This document shows, one piece after another, positions 23,201 through 36,340 of a DNA stretch of 64,000 nucleotides. Every line of letters starts with the position of its first letter. Positions within the stretch are counted from its first letter, which is position 1. The translations under genes were made by a program, and so were the position numbers. The stretch lies in NCBI GenBank assembly GCA_965113315.1, contig OZ220370.1. One strand, given 5' to 3'. The notes under the pieces were generated by a model that saw nothing but the letters and a program-made list of their open reading frames with translations, searched no databases and was not told where the DNA came from. This DNA is from Podarcis vaucheri. Taxonomy: Eukaryota.

Positions 23201-23786
23201 CTTTTATTTTTTCAAAAGTGCATAAAGTGCCTTAGTGTCATCTAAGCATCCAAATTTTTAGAATCCTTCAAGCAGCAGCAAAATCTTTATCTAGTGTAGA
23301 ATCAAAAGCAAATTTTAAGGTTCTTAAACAGTTAAAACATTTGAGAACCTCCAAAGGAAATTAAAATCATTTTGAAAAGAGTGGCAATTTTTCCCAAGGT
23401 AGGATCATACCTTCCTAGGTTGTGCAACACCCATTGCACACCAGCATGGTACTATCCATGACTCCAGATTCAATGTTCTCTGACCGCCAGTGCAAGGGCT
23501 GTTGTGCTAGCATAAGAGCAAGAATAATGGCTGTGCCATATGAAATCCAACAGCTGCACTAGTGGAAGTTTATCATGCAACAGGTTTCACAACAGGAAGT
23601 ATTGGCGCTTACAACAATCTGTTGTACAACCAGTAATGAGACCCATGCTGACTTCTTGTGCCTTATCTTGCACAAGCCATTCTTCTAGCCCAACTATGAA
23701 ACCACTAAAGGATTTTTGTTTAGTACTGCTTTGACTTACTTCCAGGATATTTGATTATGGCTGTTTTGGTGATCATTTATAGCTGT

Positions 23787-24137
23787 AAAGGTAAAGGGAC
23801 CCCTGACCATTAGGTCCAGTCATGACCGACTCTGGGGTTGCAGCGCTCATCTCACTTTATTGGCCAAGGGAGCCGGCGTTCGGCTTCCGGGTCATGTGGC
23901 CAGCATGAGTAAACCACTTCTGGCGAACCAGAGCAGCACACAGAAATGCCATTTACCCTCCCACCGGAGCGGTACCTATTTATCTACTTGCACTTTGACG
24001 TGCTTTCAAACTGCTAGGTTGGCAGGAGCAGGGACTGAGCAATGGGAGCTCACCCCGTCGCAGGGATTTGAACTAGTGACCTTCTGATCGGCAAGTCCTA
24101 GGCTCTGTGGTTTAACCCACAGTGCCACCCGCATCCC
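23787..24137 (-). mobile_element. Sauria SINE, full length
   Basis: Complete head-to-tail match to 32611-32965. 12-bp TSD ATTTATAGCTGT at 23775-23786 and 24139-24150. Confidence 0.97.
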
Positions 24138-24299
24138 TATTTATAGCTGTGCATCCCCATAAATTCCATTTAAAATTATAGATGCTCGTTAAGGTTCTGG
24201 TGTGTGATCAAAACAAGAATCCCTGTGAGATTGTACAATTACTATCATACCCAGTTTAGACATGGAAAAGTGTTAATTCACAGAGAAACTAATTCAAGG

Positions 24300-24630
24300 T
24301 TATTCTATTAATTTACAAGGGCCTTAACAAATTGGGTCCAGGATACCTTAAGGACCATCTGGAGGAGTCACGCCTAGTGGTGGCTTGGATGCACAGCTCA
24401 CCTCTATCAGGAGCAGTGTGCTCAATTCTGGGCCCAATTTTGTCAAACTTCCAGCTGAGACCAGACATGCCCCCTCCCCCAATTCCTGTTGAACTTCTGG
24501 TGCTGAGCAAAGACTTCTTTTATTTATGGCTTTAACCGATTTTATCATTATTGTGCTTGCTTAAATCTTACTTTACACCTCTTTGAGACTACTGTGTTAA
24601 GCAGTATATAAAATGTTTAAATAAAATAAA
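24300..24630 (+). mobile_element. Old L2-like LINE 3' fragment
   Basis: Translates as IYKGLNKLGPGYLKDHL (the L2 'YKAL..LGP.YL.D.L' motif) and has a (TAAA) tail. Confidence 0.6.
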
Positions 24631-26377
24631 ACGGAAGCTGAGATAGATAGAACCTCCCCAAGGCTGCCTGTTCCATTCACTGGATGAGCTCATATACTTG
24701 TGCACACACTAGGGGGAATTAAGCCAAGCAGCTTTTAGTATTACTGTAGGAGGCATACCTTTTATGCCTGCCATGTGCTATAACATACTGAAAAATGTAG
24801 CTGTGGTGTGTCTTCTAAATACAGGCGTTAGCATAAGCTGTAAAACTATAAAAAAATAAGAAGAAACATGTTTTTCCCCAATTAATTTTTTTAAGTGTTT
24901 GAAATTGCTATGTGCAGCCATGCAGATGGAAGGGGAGAGAAGATAAATATTGCACTACAGATAGTTAATCTCTAGCAGAAGCATTTTAATAAATTGGTCT
25001 TACGAAAAAATCAGTGCACATCAATTGGTTCCAACCAACTCTTGTTTATCTTCCACCTCTGTCTGTGTTTGATGGATGTTGTTCATGCTCTTTGGTTTAC
25101 AGTAACAAACAGGTTTTTAATTTTTCTAAACTCCATCTCTCCAGTGCCATTCTGTGATGGATGATGTGACAAAAGGTTCTTCAGTGAAGTCTGAATACTA
25201 AATAAATTAGCAGTATTAGAAGTAGCGCATCATTCACCCCTGACTGCATCCAGTCATTGCTGCTTTTCTCCTCCTTTACTTGCTTAATCTCTGGAGGTAC
25301 AACTATCTGCTCAGCACATGACAACGGCCCAATCCATATGCCCTAACAACAGATGGTGTGTATGGCAAATAGGGCACAGAGTGTGCTTGCAATGAGCAAG
25401 GAAAGCACTGACTGCTCTTCCATATGTTCAGATCCCAAAGAAAACTGTGTACAAGCTACATGCAAAATATCATGAAGTTAAACCATGTCTATCTCAATCA
25501 GATCTCACTGTGGTGTGCTTCATCTGCTGATGAGAAAGAAAGAAATTGGGCTGAATCCAGTTTAATCCAGTCAGAACTTTCTAAACAATTGGTTAGTTGT
25601 TTGTCCTGTTCCTGGTTGCTGTTGATATTTTGAGACCATGTAAAATCTTACCATTAAGTACTGGTTCATATAAGTATGTCATAGTTTTATATTATTTATC
25701 TCTACATCAATGACGTAGGATTTATTATGAAATGTGTTGGGCCTAATAAACCTTTTCCTGAGCTCTTTAAGGTCATCTTGCTTTTTCTTACTGTGATTGG
25801 TATTGTAATATATGGAATCTGTGTCTTACCATTTGTTTCTCCTGCCCACTGAAATCAATGGGACATGCTAGTAATGATTTAAGTCCCGTTGATTTCAACT
25901 GGAAGTAAGCACAACTAAGTTTGCCTGGATACACTTCTTCACTTTTAACCCTGGGCCTTAAATTCCTCTCCACAGAGATTTGCAAATATCTACCAGACCC
26001 AGGAGCAAGAAACAATATAACTTGTTCAATGCTTTTTGCTGAATAAGGGCTATGGAAGAAAGAGAGCTACAAAGAGGATTACCAACAAACAAACCCTTAC
26101 CCTGGAAAATGAGGCAGAAAACATGAGTGCACAACGGCTAATCCAACATATCAGTCAGGCTTGTTGAGAGCAAGGAAGAACTACCACTAATACAAAATAA
26201 ATCATCTGTGGCTCACTACAGGTCAAGGTCTATAACAAACATCTGAGGAATAAAAGTTGCTTGTCTGTATAACTAAAGTGTTGGTAACTCTGGAAGTTAG
26301 CCTGTGTGCTTTTTTTGCTCACTTACTCCTCCTCACCTGCCCTGAGATTTTTCATCAGCTTCGGAGTACACCATTTA

Positions 26378-26526
26378 CCATATTTTTCTGTGTTTAAGAC
26401 TAGGTTTTCCCCCTTAAAAATTATGTCTAAAATTAGGGGGCATCTTATACACGGGGCCATCTGCCTCCATTTTCTTAAATCAGAGTCCCCCAAAATAGGG
26501 GGCATCTTATAGACTGAAAAATATGG
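26378..26526. mobile_element. Tc2/pogo-like MITE with CCG(A)TATTTT termini
   Basis: TA-CCATATTTTTCTGTGTTTAAGAC...CTTATAGACTGAAAAATATGG. Same terminus type as 43867-44124. Confidence 0.75.
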
Positions 26527-29500
26527 TCTTTTCATGTTATAGTGTTCACATTTGTAGCATTCACTCAGGATTCAAAGGGATTTCTCACACAACCTTACAA
26601 ACCTCTCCCATAACCCATATTCAAGAATGAAGAGGCTATCCATAACACAGGAGCTAGTGCCCACACAAGAAGCTGCCCACTTTTAAATAGGAAGATGGGG
26701 AGAATTGGAATTGGAAGAACTGAGGATGGTGAGGAAGTACCCCATTTGCCTTGATAGAGTAACCTCCACTGTCTGCATCCTGCTGGCTGATGTGACACCA
26801 ACAAAGCCGGTGTTCATACTTGTGTATCCCTGCACATAGTCCTCCTTCAGACTGATGTTGGTCACAAGTAGGCTGGGGGACATGGCTGGCATATGCATTA
26901 GTATCTGGATGATGAAGCTAGCCCATGCATTTTGAGTAACCCCTCTGGATAAAATTCTGGATAGCTTTCATATGGCTTATAGTGGCAATGCAATTTTCCT
27001 AGAGTCACATCAGCAATAATGGTTTCATATAGCAGAATCATTTATATGGTCTGTTGTTGTTGTTACCACCACATTTTATTTTACTGAAATAGACAAAGGC
27101 AGTATACAAAACCAGCAGTACAATACAACAACAAAAAAGTTGCCATAAATGAGTGGGATGTGTAAGTCGGCTTCATACATGTCACTATGAAGATAATACC
27201 ATGCAATTAACACTTCTATTAATACATGGATATATCTTGCCCGCATGATACATCCCATTTGCCTGCAGTGTGAATAGGCCTTGGGATGGTGACTTCATCA
27301 CACAGAGCTCTATTGGGAGAGATGAACATTTGTATGAGTGTTCTATATTCCTTTTCCCCAGTTGTGCCTCTTGGATGATGTTATGTTGTGATGTAGCCTG
27401 CTTTTGGAGAGGCTTTGTGAGTGGTACAGCACTGCTCTATGGTAGAGACAGCCCTGGTGTGAATATACCCTTTGTGAGGTAAGAAGGAACAATTGACTGA
27501 CCCAATCAGTCCATTTCTTTCCCAAGGGTTCTATTGTTACTGATCAGTCTAATAATGAATCAGTGTATATAAAGATTTCTTATACCCATTTGCTTAAAGC
27601 TAAGCTATGTAGTGAACAGTTCACTCAACTCTAATGATGAACACATGCATACAATTCTTGTTCTCCCCTTCCCTTGTGGCCTAAACTTCTCATTTGTGAA
27701 ATAGAGCCTGCTATAGCCCTTAAATTGAGTTGAGTCTCCTAGTGCTGCTTTGTAGACTAAAAAGCCAGCAATCACAGCTGGAGCCTTCCTGTATACGATT
27801 CACTGCTATTCTTACATTATTATTTTTCTGTATTAAGTCAGGGACTAGGGACATAGTCTCTCAGAACAGTTTAAAGTGCCCCAGTTCAATGGAAAATAAT
27901 AATACTACACAGGCACACATACCCAACACTTCTCCTCACTGTAATTCCAGAGGGAGAAAATGGTCTGTGTCTCATACTGCAAATACATCACTGTACTGGC
28001 AGAAATCATGGCAGGTAGCATCCCTCTGCTCTTTGAGTACTAAAGTCTTTTGCAGAAAATGGAAGAACAGATAAGGATACAAAATATGAAGGCATAAAAA
28101 TCTAAAGCACAGGGTAGACTGCAGGCAGTAAAACAAGTTTTTATCATCAGCATGGAAAAAGAACTTTATATTAAAAAAAAAACTGCTGAAAGATAGTGAT
28201 TAACAACAGCCAGATTTTTATAGTATTTGTATGTTAATGCTGTATAGGAAAAATGGGATTCCTTTCTTAAACTGGCAGTTGGTTCAAAAAAATGGGGCAA
28301 TGCCATCAATGGTTGTAATGACTTTCAGGGCCAAATGCCACACTAAGAAAGTCGCTCCAAATATCTGACAGCTCAATGGTTCCCATCAGACTCAACATCA
28401 CCACCTAACATTCCTGGACATCTGTCAGGACCCACAACCAATGATGATGCCTGCTTATGAGGCTCTGGGCAGCCACCATCTTAATTTTCCCCACATGCAG
28501 TGGCCCCAAACATCCTATAATTCTGTGCTATCTGGTGGTCCCCACTTTCTGGTGGAGACCTCCCCACCTTCACAAGGTTGTGGGGTTACAGAACTGCTAG
28601 GACAACAGATCCTGGAGCATCTAAGGTAGCAGCTGCAGCCAGAGTCCATCAAATTATACCTTGCTGAATGTCCATTTCTTAGTTCCTAAAGTGGACCCTG
28701 GGGGACATACTATTGACATGCAGGTGATTTGGTCATAGTTAATCATTCTGAAGAAATCGACAGCTCAACATGTTGAGTGGAATTCAAAATTGCATTGTTA
28801 CAAATGTTCCAGCTTTGCAAGCATAGCAGCCTCCCAGATGGAAGCTCCTCCCTGCTGCATGCTGTTCTAGGGCTCCCCTGAAACCCTCCAAGCCAATTGT
28901 AGGGGGTGCAGGGAGAAAAAGGAAGAAAGCTCCATTTCATAAATGGAATCCCTTGCATAAGGCTTCTACTCACAGGTTTATTAGATGAATTCAATCTGTT
29001 GATTTGAAACCATTAGTTTTTAACATGCCACAGCACATGAGACTTTGTAGTCTTCTCTAAAAGTTACATGGTTGGTCATTGGTGGTCATAAAGGAGTATA
29101 TGCACAACCTTGCACTGGGTGAACTTTCAGTGGATATGGCTGGAAGTCGTCATGGAATGAATAAAAATTATATCTGTCAATAGACTCTAGACCAAAAGTA
29201 GGGGGGAAGGATACGCAAAGGAAATGATAGATGTTACATGCACACACAGTAACAAATCCTATCCTTCCCACCACATTCTAGTATTTCCTATTGTTCTAAA
29301 TAAACAGAATGTCACTCCACCTGTAGCTTGTTTCAGACTTAATAAGAATTGGCTGCCACCAACATTTACACCCACACTGGGCTCCACTTCTGACCTTCAG
29401 GTGTTTAGCACAAAGGTAAGGAAAGGTCTTCTAAACATGCTCAGCTGGACATACAATAGTTGGAAGTGTTTGTAACGAGAGTTCCTGATCACAGGGAGAC

Positions 29501-31305
29501 ATTTGACCACCTGTAGCTCAACATAAATAAAAGGCCCCTTAAGACCTCCCAACTGAAGGCATAAAGGTCAGAGATGTAGCTGGGAGGCATGTTGTTGGAA
29601 AGCAGGACTAGTCCATAAGCCTTACATGAATTACTGAACTCCAGTTCTGACAGTATCAGAATGCGGCTTCATTTTCATTGTAATGTGGAGACCCTGCCTT
29701 CAGGTAACAAATCTTTCCTCGCCCTTCTTAAAGCCATTGTCTGTAATTTCACCAAGGTTGAACACAAGAGGAGATGTTAATTTTTCCATTGAAACCTCCT
29801 CTTAACTGATAGCCAAGATATCCAGTCCCCAAATCAAATATAAGGTGAGAAAACAATGGAGGACTTCAAATTAAGATGATATGAGGACATCAAAAAAGAG
29901 AACCTCTCACAATAGCTGGTTATCACAAATCAGCCCTGCTGATAAATGTTTGCTGGCTGGCAGGTAGAATAAAATATCCCTTAACTGGCAGCTGTGTAAG
30001 TGACAGTAGGTGTTTCAACACTTAAAAGTGAGACCATTATACAGAGATGAACAACTATTTGCAATGGCTCTGGAAACTAGATTTCACCATGCTACACCTA
30101 CAGTCTACCAAGGTGCTCATGTAAAAAGACTCTAAAATGTATTTACTTTTAAAGATGAAATTCTAATCTTCTAATAACATAGTAGAACTACATATCTGAT
30201 CATGATGTTACCCATTTTAATCTTCACTTTTTTAAAAAAGCAAGCAAAGGAGATACAGGTGACACAGTGAAAAACAATATTTTTTTCCAGATAATCTCTT
30301 TAAATAAAAAAACCCAGATGCTGTCAAAGAAAATAAAATTGAGAAACCTGGAAAATATTTTATGATGTCCTTATCTGTTGAAAGAGTTTCTCTAGGAGGT
30401 TGAAAGCTATGGGAGGGGGAAAAATGATCCCTTAAAGGGACAATGTCATCCCACTTAGATCTGAAACAACCTTGCTCAGCTCAGAGATGGCAGATTGCTG
30501 GCACCAGAATCAGCAGGAATGCTACTGCATTTTAAGTTGCAGGGAAGTGTTACACTTCAAATGAAGTCAGTTTTATTTGAGCAAGTAGAATGGAGAAAGA
30601 TAGAAAAAGCTCAGAGGAAAGGATTTGTTAGATGCCTTTTAGATGTGAGCATTGACAGGCTAGCTTGAAAGGGACTTTGCTTCCTGTAGTTCTCTTTGGC
30701 AGGTGCATGAATCGTTCCCCCACATACTTGATGGTGGCAACATGTATTCTTTACTGACCTGGCAAATATCCACAATTTTGACATGTACACAGCACACAGG
30801 GAAATGTCTTTCCAGGTGGACTTTCAGTAAAAATAGATTTCTGAAGATTGTACAGTTCCAGAAACCATGCTAGGACAGGAAAAAAGGCCAGAAGTGTAAC
30901 CTATGTAGGACTTCCTCTGAAGCAGGATCCTAATTATGCCCTGAGTAATTGTCAGTTGTCATGATGCTCTATAGAAAAGTGTCTGTCTGAAATCGAGAGG
31001 GAGGGAGGCAGAGAGACTTTGAGCATATGCAGAATGCTTTTCTGTCACTTTTCTCTCACTACCAAAATGGATTTGAAGGTTGGCTCTCACCAGCTGGCTC
31101 TCACTGTGAAAAAAATGAGGCATATTGCATGTTGTAATATGTGCTAGCTTCTTAAGGGACTGTGTAAAAGACAGAGGTACAGTCTTATGTTTTACCAGTT
31201 ATCGACTTGTGTTACTCTCACTACTACTGAGCTCCTTCCTCCACGTTTCCAACTATGTTTTGTTCGGTTTTGTAGCCATTTCTGACATTTCCAGGGTATG
31301 CTTCT

Positions 31306-31560
31306 ATAAGAACACAAGAAGAAGAGTTCCTTCTGGATCAGTCCAACATCTTTTCTTCACAATGGCCAGCCAGTTTCCTGTAGGAAACCACAAGCAGGAC
31401 CTGAGTGCAACCAAACTCTCCCCACTTGTACACCCCATAACTAGTAGTCTGAGGCATACTGCCTCCAGCGGTGGAAGCAGAATAAGCCATCATGGCTAAT
31501 AGCCATTGATAGCCTTATTTTCCATGAATTTGTCTAAGTCATATTTAAAGTCATCCAAAG
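31306..31560 (-). mobile_element. CR1-related 3' end fragment
   Basis: 'ataagaacacaagaagaagag...ctggatcag..tagccattgatagccttat..ccatgaatttgtctaa'. Confidence 0.7.
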
Positions 31561-32419
31561 ATAAGCACAACCCTCTATGCCTGGTCTACACAGACTCTAA
31601 TACTCACTGGTCTCTTAGCAAAATTCCTACTTGGTCCCTTGAAGCCTTCTCAGACTTCAAAACTTCTATTTTCATGCTGAGATCCCTTGATCTACTTTCT
31701 TCCTTTGTTTGCCTTTCTTCAAGTTAACTCTATGCTCCTCAAAAATATCCATGCTTTTGCCAGGCGCAGCAATGCATACAAGATATACATTTCCCCAATA
31801 TGTATACACAGAAACCTATGCACTCCTATGGCCTATACAGGCTGTTCAGGACAGTAAGGCCCCATTCCATCACTCCAGCATCCATAGGGTGAAATCAGCA
31901 ATGACATTAATTCCATTACATAGCACTAAGCTTTTGTAGAACCGTGTGCGATATGCCTAAAGCAACATGTTACTATGTGGGTTTTAATTTGCATTGGAAT
32001 GGCCCAAAAGCTGGAAACACTGAACAGCTATTGAAACATCCAGTGTTTCAGCAGTCCCATTTCATTTTGTAGTTAATGTCACAAAAAATGGAATATTACA
32101 ATTTATAGGCAGATTTTAGTTTTGACATATTTTGACAAATCATTGTCATCATCGGATTTAATAACTGCTATTCTGTTTCCTAGACGAAACATTTCATCCA
32201 TAGTTCCTTCCTGATGTTTTACTGCAACTTCTTTCTTGGCAGAATTAATATCAAATCAAACACGTTTCGTTTCTTAGTTGATTTAGATAAAACACCAAAC
32301 CATGGTTTGACACTAAAATCGAGTCTCATGTCAACATGCTCTGTTGTCTTTCGCTCTTGCTGAAATGCAGATGCAATTGCTCCAGGAGAGCTGTGGCTTG
32401 ATGACATGCCATCACTCTA

Positions 32420-32590
32420 AGGATAGGAGGGAGAAATTCAATTTGCATTTAAAGGCAAAGTTACCAGTCATTTCCCAAAACAATATATGTACTGAGACAG
32501 CTGTATCTTGAAATTTGCACTTCTCTGAATTCTGCATTATTTACAGGATTCTGAATTCTGTAAAATAATAATAAAAGCAACAATAAGCAT
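32420..32590. mobile_element. Old non-autonomous DNA element, dispersed family (also 34330-34645 and 42138-42335)
   Basis: Three mutually similar copies in the window, sharing 'gaaattca..ttg..acagctgt..ttgaaattt/cac'. Confidence 0.5.
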
Positions 32591-32610
32591 ATTCTACACT
32601 AAAAGTTAGA

Positions 32611-32965
32611 GGGACGTGGGTGGTGCTGTGGGTTAAACCACAGAGCCTAGGACTTGCCAATCAGAAGGTTGGTGTTTTGAATCCCCACGACGGGGTGAGC
32701 TCCCGCTGCTCGGTCCCTGCTCCTGCCAACCTAGCAGTTCAAAAGCATGTCAAAGTGCACGTAGATAAATAGGTACTGCTCCAGCAGGAAGGTAAATGGC
32801 ATTTCCGTGCACTGCTCTGGTTCACCAGAAGTGGCTTAGTCATGCTGGCCACATGACCCGGAAGCTGTACGCCAGCTCCCTTGGCCAGTAAAGCGAGATG
32901 AGCGCCGCAATCCCAGAGTCGGCCATGACTGGACCTAACGGTCAGGGGTCCCTTTACCTTTACCT
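32611..32965 (+). mobile_element. Sauria SINE, full length
   Basis: GGGACGTGGGTGGTGCTGTGG head with A/B boxes and (ACCTTT)n tail. TSD TACACTAAA(A/T)GTTA. Confidence 0.97.
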
Positions 32966-34646
32966 TACACTAAATGTTAAAAACATGTAATTAGATATTT
33001 GGGTGCCCTTGCACAACAAATTCACTTTAAGGAAGGATCTGACTTTTTCCTGTTAAGAAAGTGATAGGGAAATGAACTGAAAAATGTGTGAGGAACAATT
33101 GATTAATGGGAAGCAGTGTAAACACCATATAAGCAAATCAGTATGAGTGTTGATTGCCATATAACCTCAACCTCACCATAAGCAAATCAGAACAAATGCT
33201 CAATAGAGACCGAGCATAGTTCATCCTCCATGCAAGCTTTGTTCAATCAAATCAGGAGTTTGACATTGCCACAAGGGGATAGGCTGTTCTCTGGATTTGG
33301 AGGAATAAATTGAAATCTTGGAATTCAGGGTGCATAGATGCTTAAATGCTGGATCAGGGCATTTTCCTATCCCCCATCTCTGCTAACAGGCAAATCTCTT
33401 ATCACTCAGCTTCACTGTTTTGCATTCTGTGTAGCAGCAAATTTGGGATGAAAGACGTGATTCAGCTTAGACCCTACCCCTGCCTTGAAATCAGTTTGTG
33501 TTTTTTTGGGGGAAATCACTTGTCTTTGTTTAGCCCACTGCTTTCAACAGTGGCAACACAAAAAACTTCTGGGAAGCTGACAAGCAGTGAAGAATGAACA
33601 AATGTGTCCCTTTGTTGCTTGTCTCCAAGATCTTCTCTTCAGACGGGTACTGCCTCTGAACATAGTTGTTACATTTTGCTATTGTTGCTGATAGAAATGG
33701 TTACTGTAATGGGAGAAAGTATGTTTGGTTGGGTGAAGACTAATCTAGGGATGGTAGGTTTCTGCAGTCATTAGATATCTGTGTCCTAAGAAGCAGCTGG
33801 GGGTGGGGATAGGGGGGTCCTGGAGAGTTAATGAAGTCTGGTATTTGGCACTTGAGATGTTGTTCAGGAAAAAAAAAATGCTTGGGAATACATTATGTGG
33901 AAGACTCTGATTGGTTTGGACAAAAATAGAATTCAGCAAAGCAAGGCAATGTTGTGATCCCAGCTGAGGAGGGACAACGGGGAAGGGGCTGAGTGGGAAG
34001 GGAAATGATGGGGTAAATGAGTCAAGGCCACTGGCAGAACTCAAGAGCTGGGCCCATGCTAATGAAATCATTTGCTATTGTTAGCCTGCATCATAAAGTG
34101 CTTGGCTTCCAGCCCACAGCAAAGCTTTTTGTATCAGATGCCTTCAACTAGGACAGGATGATTGTCAGTTTGGGCAGAAGTGTTTTAGATCTCTTTCTCC
34201 CCCCCCCATTGGAAAATGCTTGTGTGTGTGTGTGTGATCTCCTCTGAGAATGTCTTAAGATGATTAATAACCAAACCCTTGGATAGAAGAACCCCCTCTT
34301 CCCTTGCCTCCAACTAACACTTTCTAAAAGGGGACAGCCTGCATGAATCTGTCAGTTTTGGTTTCTCTCGGTTTTTCATTTTTTAAAGAAGTTCAGTTCC
34401 CTACATTTCTGCATCAGATGGTGAGTTATTTATTGTTCTAAACAGGAAAATTTGTCAGCATTTTAGTGCACATTTTAACATATTAGTTTGCATTTTTGCC
34501 TCATATACATGTATTCTGCAGGTAAGTTTCCCTAATATAATGCATTTTATTTTATTCTCCCCACCAACTTACACATTTTGCTTGCATTGGTTGGAGAACT
34601 ATCACAAATTTCAGCAAAGTGTGACTTTTGAATGGTAGCTGTGTTT

Positions 34647-34706
34647 CATAGAATCATAGAATTGTAGAGTTGGAAGGGACCACAAGGGTCATCTAGTTCA
34701 ACCCCT
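34647..34706 (-). mobile_element. CR1 LINE 3' terminus
   Basis: 'catagaatcatagaattgtagagttggaagggacc' is the antisense of the end of the CR1 copy at 59483. Confidence 0.85.
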
Positions 34707-36228
34707 TCAATGAAAGAACCCCACACACGGTTACTGATTTCGTCACCCTCCCCCCCCCCCAAGTTGGAAGGTGCATTTGTGAAGCAGGGAGCTTCCTGTA
34801 CTTGTGCAGCCTCCCCACATCTTTTAAGGCCTCAGTTTTCAACAAGTACAATACACCCTTCCAAGTTTGTGGGCAAATAGTATTGTGTGTGTGTGTGTAG
34901 ATAGCATGCTCACCTCCAGTGTTCTCCATTTTGTTTTTAAGCCACATTAAGAATGTCTGAAGGGGGATTTAATGTGTGTGTGTTTCATTCTGGTCCACAA
35001 TTTGGTTCATTCATTTTGCTTTATAACTTTTCCTTGGCTGCAGCATCTGTTCTTTGTTTGCAATACTATCTGCCCTAATAATGCAAAGGGCAGCATTATT
35101 ATTTCTTTATAGTAATAGTCAGAAGCCAGAGGGTAGTGGTCAGGTTTAAAGCGTGACAATGTGTATCAAAAGCCAGGCATTAATTTGCCTTTGCAGCAGT
35201 GTCCTTACATCAGTAAGACTATATTAAACTTTGTCAAACATCATTACAAAAAAGCTGTGAAGGGAGGAACTCTTTGACTATTGTGCAGAGACCTTCCATG
35301 CTCCCTAGTAAGTTAAGGATCTTCAATATATATATTATGATGCCATAAATAGTGTCAGTTATATGCCTGATGTCTTGCTAAGTATTACATCAGTCATGCT
35401 GTGCAGCTGGGACTCAACCAACTTTGTGTGAAAAGCCCTTTATCTCCTTTGGAACAGGAGGGCTTCTTTTTTTAGACTCTGATTTCCCCTCCCTTATTTA
35501 TACTTAAGACTTGACTTTGTCAGTGGAATAAAGAGCCATGGGGGCAAGATATTTATATGAATTACCTATCTTAACTGAAAAGCAAATCTCAGCCCCAGAT
35601 ACAGCATATGTGTTTCAATGGAAAGACTCTAGATGGATAAGCTATCACCTCCCTGGTGAAGTGCAACTCATTGGACACAATGTATTGCCTTTTCTCTGAA
35701 GCAAATCTCACTTATAGATTCTATGTTCAAGACCTGTTTTCGCCTGTAGCTGCGAGTATGGTTGTTAACTGTGTACCATGGGCCTTCAAAAGTACAGTAT
35801 GCTTACTCCTCTTTGTGAATTGATGCCAAAGATGAAAGTGAAGCCCATTAGAATGCAAATAAATGAGAGATTCTGTGATGCTGTTTTGTTTTGGTGTGTT
35901 GTTTAAGGCAGAAGATACATTTTTGCTTTTAAAAATTCTATGATGTTATGTGATGCCCTGAAGTCGGAACATTGTAGAAAATGTTGCATTGCTAGATTTA
36001 TTCAATTGCTCAACTGGTGAGGACAGAGATACCATGTAATAGGCTCCTCATGATGTGAATCAACTTCATGCTTGAGCTTCATGCTATAACAGGCTGAAAA
36101 TTCAGTGCAAACTCATCAGGATAATTATTTCTTTTCTTCTTTGTGTGAGAGGAGTGTCCTGCAGGGTGGCCATCTCTGGTGTGATCACTGATTACATTTG
36201 TAGTCATCCATGCCTGTGAAACGAGTGT

Positions 36229-36340
36229 GGCCAATCTATTGCTGTGCTGCATCACGCAGAGGCCCGGTTCCTGTCCTCAAATTTGTAGCTGGCGCGGTAT
36301 ATAAAAAGGAGAGAAACCCTCATTTCCCCCTCCTCACTCC
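36229..36340 (+). promoter_or_regulatory. Candidate Pol II core promoter (CCAAT, TATA, Inr-like)
   Basis: GGCCAATC at 36229-36236, TATATAAAAAGG at 36298-36309, Inr-like TCATTTC and TCACTCC downstream. Locally retained CpGs in non-repeat DNA. Confidence 0.35.

Noticed and set aside
32611-32690. tRNA gene
   Set aside because: The A/B boxes belong to a Sauria SINE head. No full cloverleaf was found anywhere in the window.
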